Source: a virus. From it: a DNA stretch of 64,000 nucleotides. This document shows, piece after piece, positions 41,006-49,965 of the stretch (position 1 is its first letter; every line of letters starts with the position of its first letter). The stretch is from IMG/VR virus record IMGVR_UViG_3300032050_000010. One strand, given 5' to 3'. The notes under the pieces are model-generated. The model was given only the letters and a program-made list of their open reading frames with translations, made no database searches and was not told the DNA's origin. A program made the position numbers and the translations under genes.

Positions 41006-41433
41006 ACGCACCTAAGTCACCCTACAACCTGATCCAAGAGACAGTGCAGTACGATCCATGGCGCGTCCTGGTCGTCTGTATTTTCTGTAATCTAACAAAG
41101 CGTGTCGTCGCAGAGCCCTACATGTGGCAGTTCTTCGATCGATGGCCCACAGCATCGGCAGCATCCCATGCAGATCCTGCTGAGATCCGTGACATGATCG
41201 CTATTCTTGGTCTTGCAGATCGACGAAGCAAGACGCTGGTCAAGCTATCGCAGGCGTACGTGCAGTGGAACGGGGTTGATGTAAGATCTCTACCAGGCGT
41301 GGGTGAGTACGCTGCAGCAGCTTACGACATCTTCTGCCTGCACCGCTGGGCACAGATCCCAGAGCCCAAGGACGGCGCGTTGAAGAACTACTGGAAGTGG
41401 ATTAACGGAAAGGAGGAAAGTCAAATTGCCTGA
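41002..41433 (+). CDS. MBD4-like HhH mismatch (G:T/G:U) DNA glycosylase
   Basis: SPYNLIQETVQYDPWRVLVVCIFCNLT, LGLADRR, LPGVGEYA, YDIFC, PKDGALKNYWKW parallel the MBD4 catalytic domain. Confidence 0.85.
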   Translation: MNAPKSPYNLIQETVQYDPWRVLVVCIFCNLTKRVVAEPYMWQFFDRWPTASAASHADPAEIRDMIAILGLADRRSKTLVKLSQAYVQWNGVDVRSLPGVGEYAAAAYDIFCLHRWAQIPEPKDGALKNYWKWINGKEESQIA

Positions 41434-42235
41434 AGGACCTGAAGTCAAGATTGTATCTGAGTCGCTTGGCCGCGCGTTGCAAGGTCGGGCAATCGTCGGC
41501 ATCAACTATTTGGGCGGCCGCTACGCGAAGCACGGGCCTCCTGAGGGACACGCAGAAATTTCATCGGAGCTGCCCCAGAATGTGTCTGTCACATCTTGTA
41601 AGGGCAAGTTTATATACCTAACACTCCAAAATAATTGGGTAATCTGGAACACTCTGGGTATGACGGGTGGCTGGTCAAAGACGCAGCACAAACACAGCAG
41701 AGCGCAGTTTCTACTCGACGACGGGACATCTGTCTTCTTCAACGATCCACGCAACTTCGGCACGCTGAAGTACGTCCACGGGCTTGATGCACTTCAAGAG
41801 AAGTTGGATGAGCTTGGGCCCGACATGCTGGCAGAGGATGTTTCGGACGACTTGTTCATCAGACGGATGCGGAAGAAGAATAAGCGTGTGATCACAGAGA
41901 GCCTGATGGACCAGAAGGTGATCTGCGGTGTGGGCAACTACCTCAAATCTGAGAGCCTCTATTTCGCCGGGATCTCCCCTATGCGTCATGTCAACACCAT
42001 GACAGATGAAGAGCTGTCTCGGCTCAACCAGACGATTAAGGCAGTCATCCGTGCATCCTACCAGACAGGCGGCGCGACGATCTACACATTCCAGGGGTTC
42101 GACGGCGAGAAAGGACAATACAGTCGCCGCTTCGCTGTTTATAATCAAGACAAGGATCCTAAAGGGTGGGATGTGAAATCCTTCACCTCACCCGAGGGCC
42201 GCACAACATTCTGGGTTCCAGAGGAGCAAACATGA
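41426..42235 (+). CDS. Fpg/Nei-family DNA glycosylase/AP lyase, zincless finger
   Basis: N-terminal PEGPEV, KGK, LGMTG, DPRNFG, LMDQKVICGVGNYLKSESL, GRTTFWVP without Cys4. Confidence 0.92.
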   Translation: MPEGPEVKIVSESLGRALQGRAIVGINYLGGRYAKHGPPEGHAEISSELPQNVSVTSCKGKFIYLTLQNNWVIWNTLGMTGGWSKTQHKHSRAQFLLDDGTSVFFNDPRNFGTLKYVHGLDALQEKLDELGPDMLAEDVSDDLFIRRMRKKNKRVITESLMDQKVICGVGNYLKSESLYFAGISPMRHVNTMTDEELSRLNQTIKAVIRASYQTGGATIYTFQGFDGEKGQYSRRFAVYNQDKDPKGWDVKSFTSPEGRTTFWVPEEQT

Positions 42236-42459
42236 GTTACAGGCTATCAGATGAGACAATTGGGCAGATCGCTAAGCTTCTACAGGTCGCGATCATCACG
42301 GGCACTGACATCGTTGACAACCTTCGCACGATCCGCCTACGTGTAGGTGACGGTGAGCAGCTTGAGCCTACTGCAGATTACCTCGAGAACTTCGAGCGCA
42401 ATCTCAACAGGATGATCGAGTCACTCGCAGAGCAGACGAACACCAACCAGAGTGAGTGA
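42232..42459 (+). CDS. Hypothetical protein
   Basis: ATG 42232 with RBS GAGGAG, coupled to Nei stop. Confidence 0.6.
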   Translation: MSYRLSDETIGQIAKLLQVAIITGTDIVDNLRTIRLRVGDGEQLEPTADYLENFERNLNRMIESLAEQTNTNQSE

Positions 42460-42836
42460 CAATGGATAAGCTCGACCAGATGTTCCAGATGCGTAAGGAG
42501 TTCATGGCAGCGTTGTCTGCTCATGTCCCTAATGCATACCCACAGCAACCGATCGATCTCAGCAGCAAGCAGTCACAGCAGCACTTCAGAGATCTTGCTC
42601 TCCGCGGTGTTGAGGAGATCTTCGAGGCGCTCCAGCACTTGAAGAACACGAAGCCGCATCGTGTGACTGACATCACAGATCCAGTCGATGTTGAGGCGTT
42701 CAAGGAAGAGATGGTCGATGCTTTCAACTTCTTCTTCACGCTTCTAATCCTGATGGACGTCGATGCTGAAGATCTCTACGAGGTCTTCAAGAAGAAGGAT
42801 CAGATCATTCACGACCGCATCAAGAACAGGTACTAA
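42456..42836 (+). CDS. All-alpha dNTP pyrophosphatase (dimeric dUTPase/T4 gp56 dCTPase-like)
   Basis: EEIFEAL, KPHR, EEMVDAFNFF, C-terminal KKKDQIIHDRIKNRY. Confidence 0.78.
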   Translation: MTMDKLDQMFQMRKEFMAALSAHVPNAYPQQPIDLSSKQSQQHFRDLALRGVEEIFEALQHLKNTKPHRVTDITDPVDVEAFKEEMVDAFNFFFTLLILMDVDAEDLYEVFKKKDQIIHDRIKNRY

Positions 42837-43786
42837 TGGACATCAAGAAGATACTACAGCGTCAGAAGGAGTTCTCTAATCTCTTCTATGACTCGTCTAA
42901 CTTTGACGACGACAAGCGTGAGGAGATGACAAAGTCGTTCGCTCTGGCACTCCACGCTGAAGTGGCGGATCTCGTCAGCTCGATCAACTTCAAAGATCAC
43001 CACGCAAATCGACGGACACCGGATCGGGAGAAGATCCTGTACGAGTCGATTGACGTGATGAGGTACCTCCTGGCGATCATGAATGTGTGGGGGTATGAAG
43101 CTGATGAAGTTGAGACAGCTTTCAACGACAAGGACACCTTCCTGCACATGCGTCATCGAGTTGAAAACGCAAAGTGGGACGGTCGTCCTGTACTAATTGT
43201 CGATGTCGATGATGTCATCGCACACTTTAGGAAGGATTACTTTGAGTGGCTTCGAGACAGTCATGACATTGATATTCCTCTTGATTATCCTGAGTACTAT
43301 GCGTCCTCTCCCCTGAAGGAGCGCGGGATCAATCCAGAGGCGTCGTTCAAGGATTTCATCAGCGAGCGTCGTCTCCGTAAAATTGAGCCAATCGAAGGTG
43401 TCCGTGCAGTTCTAAAAGCAGCCCAAGAGCTAGGCTTCTGGGTGCAGTTGCTGACTGCTCGTCCTGACCAGAACTTGATCTGTCTCTACGACACCTACCA
43501 CTGGATCTCTGAGATGGGCGTACCATTTGATGGCCTCGCCTTCAGCGGCGAGAAGTACAGGTGGATCGTGCAGAGCCAGTTCTACGGACACGTTGCAGCA
43601 TGCATCGATGACTCACCAAAGCACGCTGCAGAGTACGCAAATCACGGTTTGCTTGTACTCTCACCTGCATTGTCTTATAATGCATCATTGGCTGGCACTT
43701 CTGGTGTCACTCGATACGAAGATCCTGATCAACTACTTCTACAACTAATTCAAATCAAAGAGGAAATCAATGCCACAAGACACTAA
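42836..43786 (+). CDS. Fusion: all-alpha NTP pyrophosphatase domain + HAD 5'(3')-deoxynucleotidase
   Basis: N-terminal HAEVADL...YESIDVMRY; C-terminal VDVDDVI, LTARP, CIDDSPKH. Confidence 0.75.
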   Translation: MDIKKILQRQKEFSNLFYDSSNFDDDKREEMTKSFALALHAEVADLVSSINFKDHHANRRTPDREKILYESIDVMRYLLAIMNVWGYEADEVETAFNDKDTFLHMRHRVENAKWDGRPVLIVDVDDVIAHFRKDYFEWLRDSHDIDIPLDYPEYYASSPLKERGINPEASFKDFISERRLRKIEPIEGVRAVLKAAQELGFWVQLLTARPDQNLICLYDTYHWISEMGVPFDGLAFSGEKYRWIVQSQFYGHVAACIDDSPKHAAEYANHGLLVLSPALSYNASLAGTSGVTRYEDPDQLLLQLIQIKEEINATRH

Positions 43787-44720
43787 TCTCAAGCCCATCA
43801 CTCTTCCTATGGCGATCCGTTTCGGCGAGGAGCCAACTACCGAGTTCGTCAACAGCCTTGATGCACTTAAGCTCGAGCTTGTTGATGCACCAGATCCCAA
43901 GTCGATCCGCCAGGCTGTCTACTGCTTCGTTAAGTCGACCTGGGCAGACCAGCACGTTCCTTACAAGGACGCAACTGAGGCTGAGCTTAGCAAGACACTT
44001 GAGGACGTCTTCGCAGGTCGTGCGCTCCCAGCAGCGATGGAGCTGATCGGTCTCACCTTCCTCGTGGGTGGCATCGACACGCAGACTGTAACGCATCTCA
44101 TCCGTCACCGTGCAGGTTCCTTCGCAGCGCAGTGCACCGGTGACCGTTGGCTTTCACACGAGCGCAGCCTTGTTCCTGGTTCCATCCAGAACAGCCCGGA
44201 GTTCTACGCTCGCTGGCAGGCACACGTCCAGGAGGCAAAGCAGCTCTACACGGACATGGTCGACTCCAAGCAGATCAGTCTGATGGATGCTCGTCACGTC
44301 CTTCCTAAGTGCCTCGAGACGTTCTACTACATGCGTATGAACATCCGCGACGCATTTGGTTTCATCAAGCAACGCCAGGACAAGCAGATCCAGCCTGAGG
44401 AGGACAACATGCTTGCAGCGCTCATGGCACGCGAGATCCTTCGCGTCTTCCCTGAGGCACACGTGGCAATCAACCTCCGTGAGCCTGCCTGGCACTACAT
44501 CAAGACGTTCCGGAATGGCACTGGTACGAACCTCTACTGGCCCGATGAGGACAGCGAGAAGCACCTCACCTACCACCCAGACGACACGATCTATCAGGCA
44601 ACACGTGACGACATGAACGGCACAGGTGGTGGTGTCCCTCACTTCCGGAAGCTCTGGAACGAGACACTTGCTGAGATTGACACGATCGTCACCAACTACA
44701 AGAACACACGGGGCATTTAA
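43770..44720 (+). CDS. Divergent ThyX-fold flavoenzyme (second paralogue)
   Basis: THLIRHRAGSFAAQCTGDR, DARHVLP, FIKQR...QPE; motif Ser replaced by Cys122. Confidence 0.8.
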   Translation: MPQDTNLKPITLPMAIRFGEEPTTEFVNSLDALKLELVDAPDPKSIRQAVYCFVKSTWADQHVPYKDATEAELSKTLEDVFAGRALPAAMELIGLTFLVGGIDTQTVTHLIRHRAGSFAAQCTGDRWLSHERSLVPGSIQNSPEFYARWQAHVQEAKQLYTDMVDSKQISLMDARHVLPKCLETFYYMRMNIRDAFGFIKQRQDKQIQPEEDNMLAALMAREILRVFPEAHVAINLREPAWHYIKTFRNGTGTNLYWPDEDSEKHLTYHPDDTIYQATRDDMNGTGGGVPHFRKLWNETLAEIDTIVTNYKNTRGI

Positions 44721-44763
44721 TACTTAGTTGGGCACTTTATATTAAAGAGAAGAGCCCAACTGA

Positions 44764-45849
44764 ATGTCTGCAGTTAGAGTAGTAGATGAACACCTCCTGT
44801 CTCCGGTACTTGTGTATTCGGGGTCAGGAGGTGTTTTTGAGAACGAGCTTCAGCTTGATACCCAGGGTGGTATCTTAAGAGAGCAGATCGGCAGCCTGCT
44901 CGTCGTCAAGAACGACTTCGGCGTGGTTGCTGCCTTGACAGGATCGGTCTTTTCCGGTCCTGTCTCTTTTTTGTCTGGTGCAACAGGGTCGATACAAGCG
45001 CTACCCGATGGATCGCCCTTCATCAGGGGTACAAGCGGGATCAATGTCACGTCTGGGTCAGACGGTAGCATCACGATCTCAACGTCCGGATCCTTTCTAA
45101 CACTTGACACGCTGACATCAGCGTCATCTGTTACGTTCAGGGGTGACGTGTACATTGAGGGAACTCTTTACGGCGGGTCACCGCTTGATGTCGCAAGTGA
45201 TATAAATGCGCTAGGAGCTGTGACATCACTAGGTGGATTGACTGGGTCGCTAACACAGTTAGCAGACGGTTCACCCTACCTCGTCGCAGGCGCAGGCATC
45301 TCGATCGTCACTGGGTCGCAGGGTCAAGTTACAATCTCTGCAACGGGCACAGGAGGAAGTGACAGATCACAGAGCACTTCCCTAATCACAGAGCTTGTCC
45401 TCAATGAAGCTCCTGTCGGTGCAATCGACGGAACAAATGCAACTTTCACGCTAGCTCACGCACCAACTTCTGCGTCATCTGTCATGCTGTGGCTGAACGG
45501 CCAGTTGCTCATGCAGGGTGCAGGTAATGACTTCACTGTCACATCGCAGACGCTGACAATGAGCTTCCCGCCTCAATTGGGTGACATCCTGCTGACGATG
45601 TACACAAAGTCATCACAGGCGAAGCTCTTCGCGATGAACGAAGCTGCTACAAAGGTGGTCACTGCGGGCGTCATCGGGTTTGAGCTGGCTAACGCTCCGT
45701 CACCGTCAACCTCCCTAATGCTCTTCTTGAACGGTCAATTGCTCACGCAGGGCAGTGACTACACACTGTCGACAAGAAGTGTGACAGTCACAAACGGCTT
45801 CATTCAAGACAGCGACGTGGTTCTTGCGACCTACTCTTATTTGAGCTGA
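44764..45849 (+). CDS. Virion structural/decoration protein with internal repeats
   Basis: Two GS(I/L)..L.DGSP..G..GI...GS.G..TIS repeats and two NE...LA.AP...L.LNGQLL.QG.D(F/Y)T modules; ATACTTA upstream. Confidence 0.6.
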   Translation: MSAVRVVDEHLLSPVLVYSGSGGVFENELQLDTQGGILREQIGSLLVVKNDFGVVAALTGSVFSGPVSFLSGATGSIQALPDGSPFIRGTSGINVTSGSDGSITISTSGSFLTLDTLTSASSVTFRGDVYIEGTLYGGSPLDVASDINALGAVTSLGGLTGSLTQLADGSPYLVAGAGISIVTGSQGQVTISATGTGGSDRSQSTSLITELVLNEAPVGAIDGTNATFTLAHAPTSASSVMLWLNGQLLMQGAGNDFTVTSQTLTMSFPPQLGDILLTMYTKSSQAKLFAMNEAATKVVTAGVIGFELANAPSPSTSLMLFLNGQLLTQGSDYTLSTRSVTVTNGFIQDSDVVLATYSYLS

Positions 45850-45906
45850 ATACTTGACAAGAGCTAAGCTTCGTGATATTTAGCTTTGTAGTTTACGAGG
45901 CAGGAA

Positions 45907-46125
45907 GTGACGTACACAACATCAGAGCTGGCACTAGCTGCGTATCTAAAGATGCGTGGCGTGAGGTTGATCAGCGCAGGCAAGGCACCCACAGGGAAAT
46001 TTGAGTTCGTGTTCGACGATAAGACAGGGGTATGCTCAGGGCACTTCGTTGACTTCCTCAACGGTGAGTTCAGCACATACGATTCGAACCTCAAGTCGTT
46101 GAAGAAAATGATCTACTCAAAGTGA
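45907..46125 (+). CDS. Small protein (DUF5659-like)
   Basis: YTTSELALAAYL...FEFVF; RBS AGGA. Confidence 0.55.
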   Translation: MTYTTSELALAAYLKMRGVRLISAGKAPTGKFEFVFDDKTGVCSGHFVDFLNGEFSTYDSNLKSLKKMIYSK

Positions 46126-46297
46126 TTTTTTATTGAATGTTTTAGAATGTCAAGCATATATAGAGACAGGCGCGTAACGCAGTTTTTGGTGATCAGAATA
46201 ATCACCAGTTCAGTTTAAACAGTTAGCTGTTAGAGTTTGATCCCGTAAGTGGTGTTCACGTGCGGGATTTTTTCTTGAAGATAAAGGATAAAACATC

Positions 46298-47959
46298 ATG
46301 GCAATCAAGACATACAGCGGCGCCGCAGGCGTCGAAGCCGGTCGTCCATCAACAAAGATCCGCGCTGAGCAGGTCCATTCAGAAGACAGCTTTACCTCAC
46401 TCGCCGTCGACCTCGAGGCACTCCGTGGCCAGGTCAAGGACATCATCGGCGCAGCTGACTACAAGGAAGAGATCACAGGCGAGTACGCCAAGGTCCAGAT
46501 CGTGGACCTCGCCGCTCACCTCGATGCATCAGGCGCATCCTCACTCAGCGTGAAGCAGGCCGCAAACGTTGTCGGTGCTTTCTCAGTCAACACTGACAAG
46601 TTCAGCGTTGCTGCAGCAACAGGTAACACTCTTGTCGCAGGCACTCTCGGCGTCACCGGCAAGGCTGACTTCGCAGGCATCGTCGACGTCGCAACCACAC
46701 TCTCAGCATCTGAGATCAAGATCGACGGTGACGTGGCACAGCGTCTTTACCTCGTCGGCGCTAGCGGCCAGATCGAGGACGAAGCCAAGCTCGTCTTCGA
46801 CGGATCAGAGCTCGCAGTAACTGGTGACTTTGCAGCAGTCAGCGGCTCCTTCAGCGGCGACGTCGCAATGGGCGACCTCGGTGCAGTGAACGGTGCCTTC
46901 TCTGGCAACCTCACTGTCACGGGCGACCTCACCATCAACGGCACAACGACCACAATCAACTCGACAGTCGTGTCGATCGATGACAAGTCATTCGTGCTCG
47001 CACAGGGCGCAGCCGGTGTTGCTCTCGATGGCGCAGGTATCTACGTCTCTAGCGACTCTGCACCCGATGCAGCAATTGCATGGAGCAACACCAACAGCAA
47101 GTGGACAGCATCCACTAAGCTTGCTTCACCCGCAATGCAGGTCACAGGCCTCAGCTCAGCACCCCTTGCCGTTGACGGCTCTGGCAATCTCGCCGAGATG
47201 GATTTCAGCTCCTGGCTCCTGGGCACAGCTAACCAGGTGTCTGTTACTCCGAGCGGAACAGACAACCACGGTGTGACACTCAGCCTCCCCCAGAGCATCC
47301 ACACCGATGCAGACGTCGAGTTCGATAGCCTCAAGCTCGGCGACAACGTTGCTGACGCAGGCAAGGCTCTCAAGATCGGCGCCGCAGGAGAGGTGATCGC
47401 TGCAGCTTGGAACGAGTTCGTTGCAATCGAGTCCAACGTCGGTCTCGAGCTCGTCCAGAACGGCTTCAAGGCAGAGATCGGTCTTGCTCAGGACATCCGC
47501 TCTTCCGCAACGATTCGGTTCGCTCGCGTTGAGCTCGACGGCGCCGACAACTACGTCGACTCCAGCGCAGACGGCCTCGTCCTCCGCGCCACCGCCGCAG
47601 GCGACTCCATCGTCTTCGAGTACGACGCAGGCAAGACCATCTCGCTCGGCACAGCCGCTCTCTCCGGCTTCACAGCCACAGACATCATGGGCGCTCTCAA
47701 CGAGCTCAAGGCAGCAGCCTCAGCAGCTTCTAAGAAGGCCGTCTACACTGTCGCAGGCTCAGCCGTTGCATCAGGCACAGACATCAAGGCATCACTCAGC
47801 ACCGACTTCCTCGCCGAGCTCACCGGACAGAACTCACTCGTGTTCGTCAACGGTATGCTCATGCTGGCTGGCGGCGCTGACTACACGCTCGCCGGTGGCG
47901 CGCTCTCGTTTACCTTCGCCCTCCAGGTTGGTGACGTGGTCGTCGTCCAGAAGGCCTGA
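46298..47959 (+). CDS. Fibre-like virion protein
   Basis: Ala/Gly/Ser-rich; GNLTVTGDLTINGTTTTINSTVVSIDD fibre motif; C-terminal VFVNGMLM...DYT; MCP-like codon bias. Confidence 0.7.
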   Translation: MAIKTYSGAAGVEAGRPSTKIRAEQVHSEDSFTSLAVDLEALRGQVKDIIGAADYKEEITGEYAKVQIVDLAAHLDASGASSLSVKQAANVVGAFSVNTDKFSVAAATGNTLVAGTLGVTGKADFAGIVDVATTLSASEIKIDGDVAQRLYLVGASGQIEDEAKLVFDGSELAVTGDFAAVSGSFSGDVAMGDLGAVNGAFSGNLTVTGDLTINGTTTTINSTVVSIDDKSFVLAQGAAGVALDGAGIYVSSDSAPDAAIAWSNTNSKWTASTKLASPAMQVTGLSSAPLAVDGSGNLAEMDFSSWLLGTANQVSVTPSGTDNHGVTLSLPQSIHTDADVEFDSLKLGDNVADAGKALKIGAAGEVIAAAWNEFVAIESNVGLELVQNGFKAEIGLAQDIRSSATIRFARVELDGADNYVDSSADGLVLRATAAGDSIVFEYDAGKTISLGTAALSGFTATDIMGALNELKAAASAASKKAVYTVAGSAVASGTDIKASLSTDFLAELTGQNSLVFVNGMLMLAGGADYTLAGGALSFTFALQVGDVVVVQKA

Positions 47960-47997
47960 TAGAGCAAACGCTTCGGCAGATCTAATCTGCTAAAGCT

Positions 47998-48027
47998 GGG
48001 GCGGGATCTCTTGATCCCGCCCCTTTT
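47998..48027 (+). terminator. Rho-independent terminator
   Basis: GGGGCGGGATC-TCTT-GATCCCGCCCC-TTTT. Confidence 0.9.
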
Positions 48028-48052
48028 GCATTATTACTGCATGGCACCGCTA

Positions 48053-48081
48053 TTTAACTCAATCTTGCACAAGAATATACT
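48053..48081 (+). promoter_or_regulatory. Sigma70-like promoter
   Basis: TTTAAC-N17-TATACT, 6 nt before ATG 48088. Confidence 0.55.
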
Positions 48082-48087
48082 TCAACT

Positions 48088-48576
48088 ATGTCTGATGAGA
48101 TAATCAAGAATATCTTTAGAACTGCTTCTGCAGATGTTCAAAATCGAATTGTTAGTTTAGGAAATGATGCAAAAGAGAAGTTGGCTGGGCTTGTTGCACG
48201 TGATAAGCACTACGGCGAATTTACTCAATTTCTTAGAACGTCACTGGCAGACATCATAGCAAGAGGACGCCAGCAAGAGACAGTCAGCAGGGAGTTCTAT
48301 GAAAAAGAGATGTCTGATCTCATGTTGAAGGTCAACAAGATCATTACTGAGATCAAGGAAGAGGCACTGAAGCAGCAGGGCGCTTCATATGCATATGAGA
48401 TCGCTGCTGACCAGTTTCAAAGCTTACCTGCCACACTTGACGTCGAGCTCTCCAAAGCAAGAGATCTGCAGACACGCGCCGCTGCAGGTGAGCTAGGAAA
48501 GCGTAGAAAGCCCGGTGAAAGGCCCGACAAGCTGAAGGACATCCGCAACTACGTCGAGAAGCCCGAGGATAAGTAA
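48088..48576 (+). CDS. Hypothetical coiled-coil protein
   Basis: 162-aa helical ORF after promoter. Confidence 0.6.
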   Translation: MSDEIIKNIFRTASADVQNRIVSLGNDAKEKLAGLVARDKHYGEFTQFLRTSLADIIARGRQQETVSREFYEKEMSDLMLKVNKIITEIKEEALKQQGASYAYEIAADQFQSLPATLDVELSKARDLQTRAAAGELGKRRKPGERPDKLKDIRNYVEKPEDK

Positions 48577-48581
48577 GCTGC

Positions 48582-49067
48582 ATGCCCCTCACAGTCGTCA
48601 AGTCAGCAAACTTTGGTAAGACACGCGGCGGATTAGCAACTGTCGGTTACACTCTGTACAACGCAGCAGGCGCGGAAGTTGCAGCTCGCAGCACGGTGGG
48701 TGTCCACGAGGTGGGAACGGGCACAGGGATCTACGCCGCGTCAGTCACATTTCCAGACAGTTTTGCAGGTTCCGTGCTCTGGGACACAGGCCAGGGTGGA
48801 GACACAGTTTACGCATCTGAGGATCAGAACTTTGCTGACTCAGCTGCCTCCTTGACCACCGACCTCACGTCGATCAAAACATCGATCGATGCAGATCTCA
48901 CGTTCGTCAAGGATATGATCGGCGGGCGCTGGAAGATCGATCACGAGAACTTTCAGATGATCTTCTACAAGCACGACAACTCGACTGAGGTCGCGCGGTT
49001 TGACCTCCGCGACAAGAACGACGATCCTAGCTACTTGTCCGTGTTCCATCGTAATAGAGTGACTTGA
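48582..49067 (+). CDS. Hypothetical protein, probably virion
   Basis: Beta-rich N-terminus; GGRWKID...MIFYK.DNSTEVARFDL C-terminus. Confidence 0.55.
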   Translation: MPLTVVKSANFGKTRGGLATVGYTLYNAAGAEVAARSTVGVHEVGTGTGIYAASVTFPDSFAGSVLWDTGQGGDTVYASEDQNFADSAASLTTDLTSIKTSIDADLTFVKDMIGGRWKIDHENFQMIFYKHDNSTEVARFDLRDKNDDPSYLSVFHRNRVT

Positions 49068-49068
49068 T

Positions 49069-49446
49069 ATGTCACAGATGGTTCCGCTTGGTAACCCACT
49101 CATCGTGACAATGGGCATGGGTCAAGAAGGCCTGCTGGAGCCTGCGATGGCTGCGGCTGGAACTATTGAGTACTTTATCATCGTCGATGCTGTCAAGAAG
49201 GCACTGCGTGGTGATGGTGCTGAACCTCTTCTCGATGACGACATCAACGTCTACAAGATCATCGCACTGCTTACAGAAGTCAATCGTCAGCCGCTTGCTA
49301 ATCCCTTGTATAACAAGATGACACGCTTGATCATCGAGAAGAAGGTGCAGATCGACGCCGAGCTTGTCGAGCAGAAAGCACGAAAGAGCGAACCGTACAG
49401 GATAGTTATAGGGGAGCACCGCATCATAAGAGAGACAGATGAGTGA
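49069..49446 (+). CDS. Hypothetical protein
   Basis: Contiguous ORF in operon. Confidence 0.55.
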   Translation: MSQMVPLGNPLIVTMGMGQEGLLEPAMAAAGTIEYFIIVDAVKKALRGDGAEPLLDDDINVYKIIALLTEVNRQPLANPLYNKMTRLIIEKKVQIDAELVEQKARKSEPYRIVIGEHRIIRETDE

Positions 49447-49963
49447 TATAGCACTTTACCTCGACCAGGACAATGAACTCCGCTTTAACGTGGCGATAGA
49501 GGGATCAAAGCCCGGCGCGCCCAAGTACCGCCTTGTTTTTGAGGGTAAGAACTTTTCTTACACCTTCAGTGGCCAGCAGACGGCGCCTGGCGAGGTGTCC
49601 TTCACGATCCCGACCATGAAGAACCTCATCAAGGAGGGCGCTTACCACGCTGACCTCGAGGTAATGATCGATGACCGCTACTTTACACCCTTGTCGTTCG
49701 ACGCGACGTTTGAGGAATCAGTTAAAGTTAGAGCTGAGGCAGTGACCCGAACCGTGCAGAAGAAGCCGGCCGTCACAGCTTCTATCGTCACAGCACGTGC
49801 TCCTGAGACAGCACGCCCCGTGCTTGAGTCAGCAACCCGCCCCGCCGCACCACGCCCACAGCAGAAGGTCGCAGCTCGGGAGGATGACTTCATCGCCGAG
49901 GTTGATGGTCGCAAGATCACGGCTGATGACCTTCGTAGCTTGCTTAGATCCACCAGGAGGTAA
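49439..49963 (+). CDS. Hypothetical protein
   Basis: Beta-rich region LEVMIDDRYFTP; ATAGTTA upstream. Confidence 0.6.
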   Translation: MSDIALYLDQDNELRFNVAIEGSKPGAPKYRLVFEGKNFSYTFSGQQTAPGEVSFTIPTMKNLIKEGAYHADLEVMIDDRYFTPLSFDATFEESVKVRAEAVTRTVQKKPAVTASIVTARAPETARPVLESATRPAAPRPQQKVAAREDDFIAEVDGRKITADDLRSLLRSTRR

Positions 49964-49965
49964 AG

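Noticed and set aside
41002-42235. Eukaryotic or giant-virus origin or chimeric assembly because of MBD4/Nei-like genes
   Set aside because: The genes overlap phage neighbours, share their codon style and follow the same promoter class.
31312-43786. 2-aminoadenine (Z) pathway suggested by PolA + HD + MazG-like genes
   Set aside because: No PurZ/PurA homologue in the window and surrounding enzymes point to pyrimidines; not excluded for the rest of the genome.
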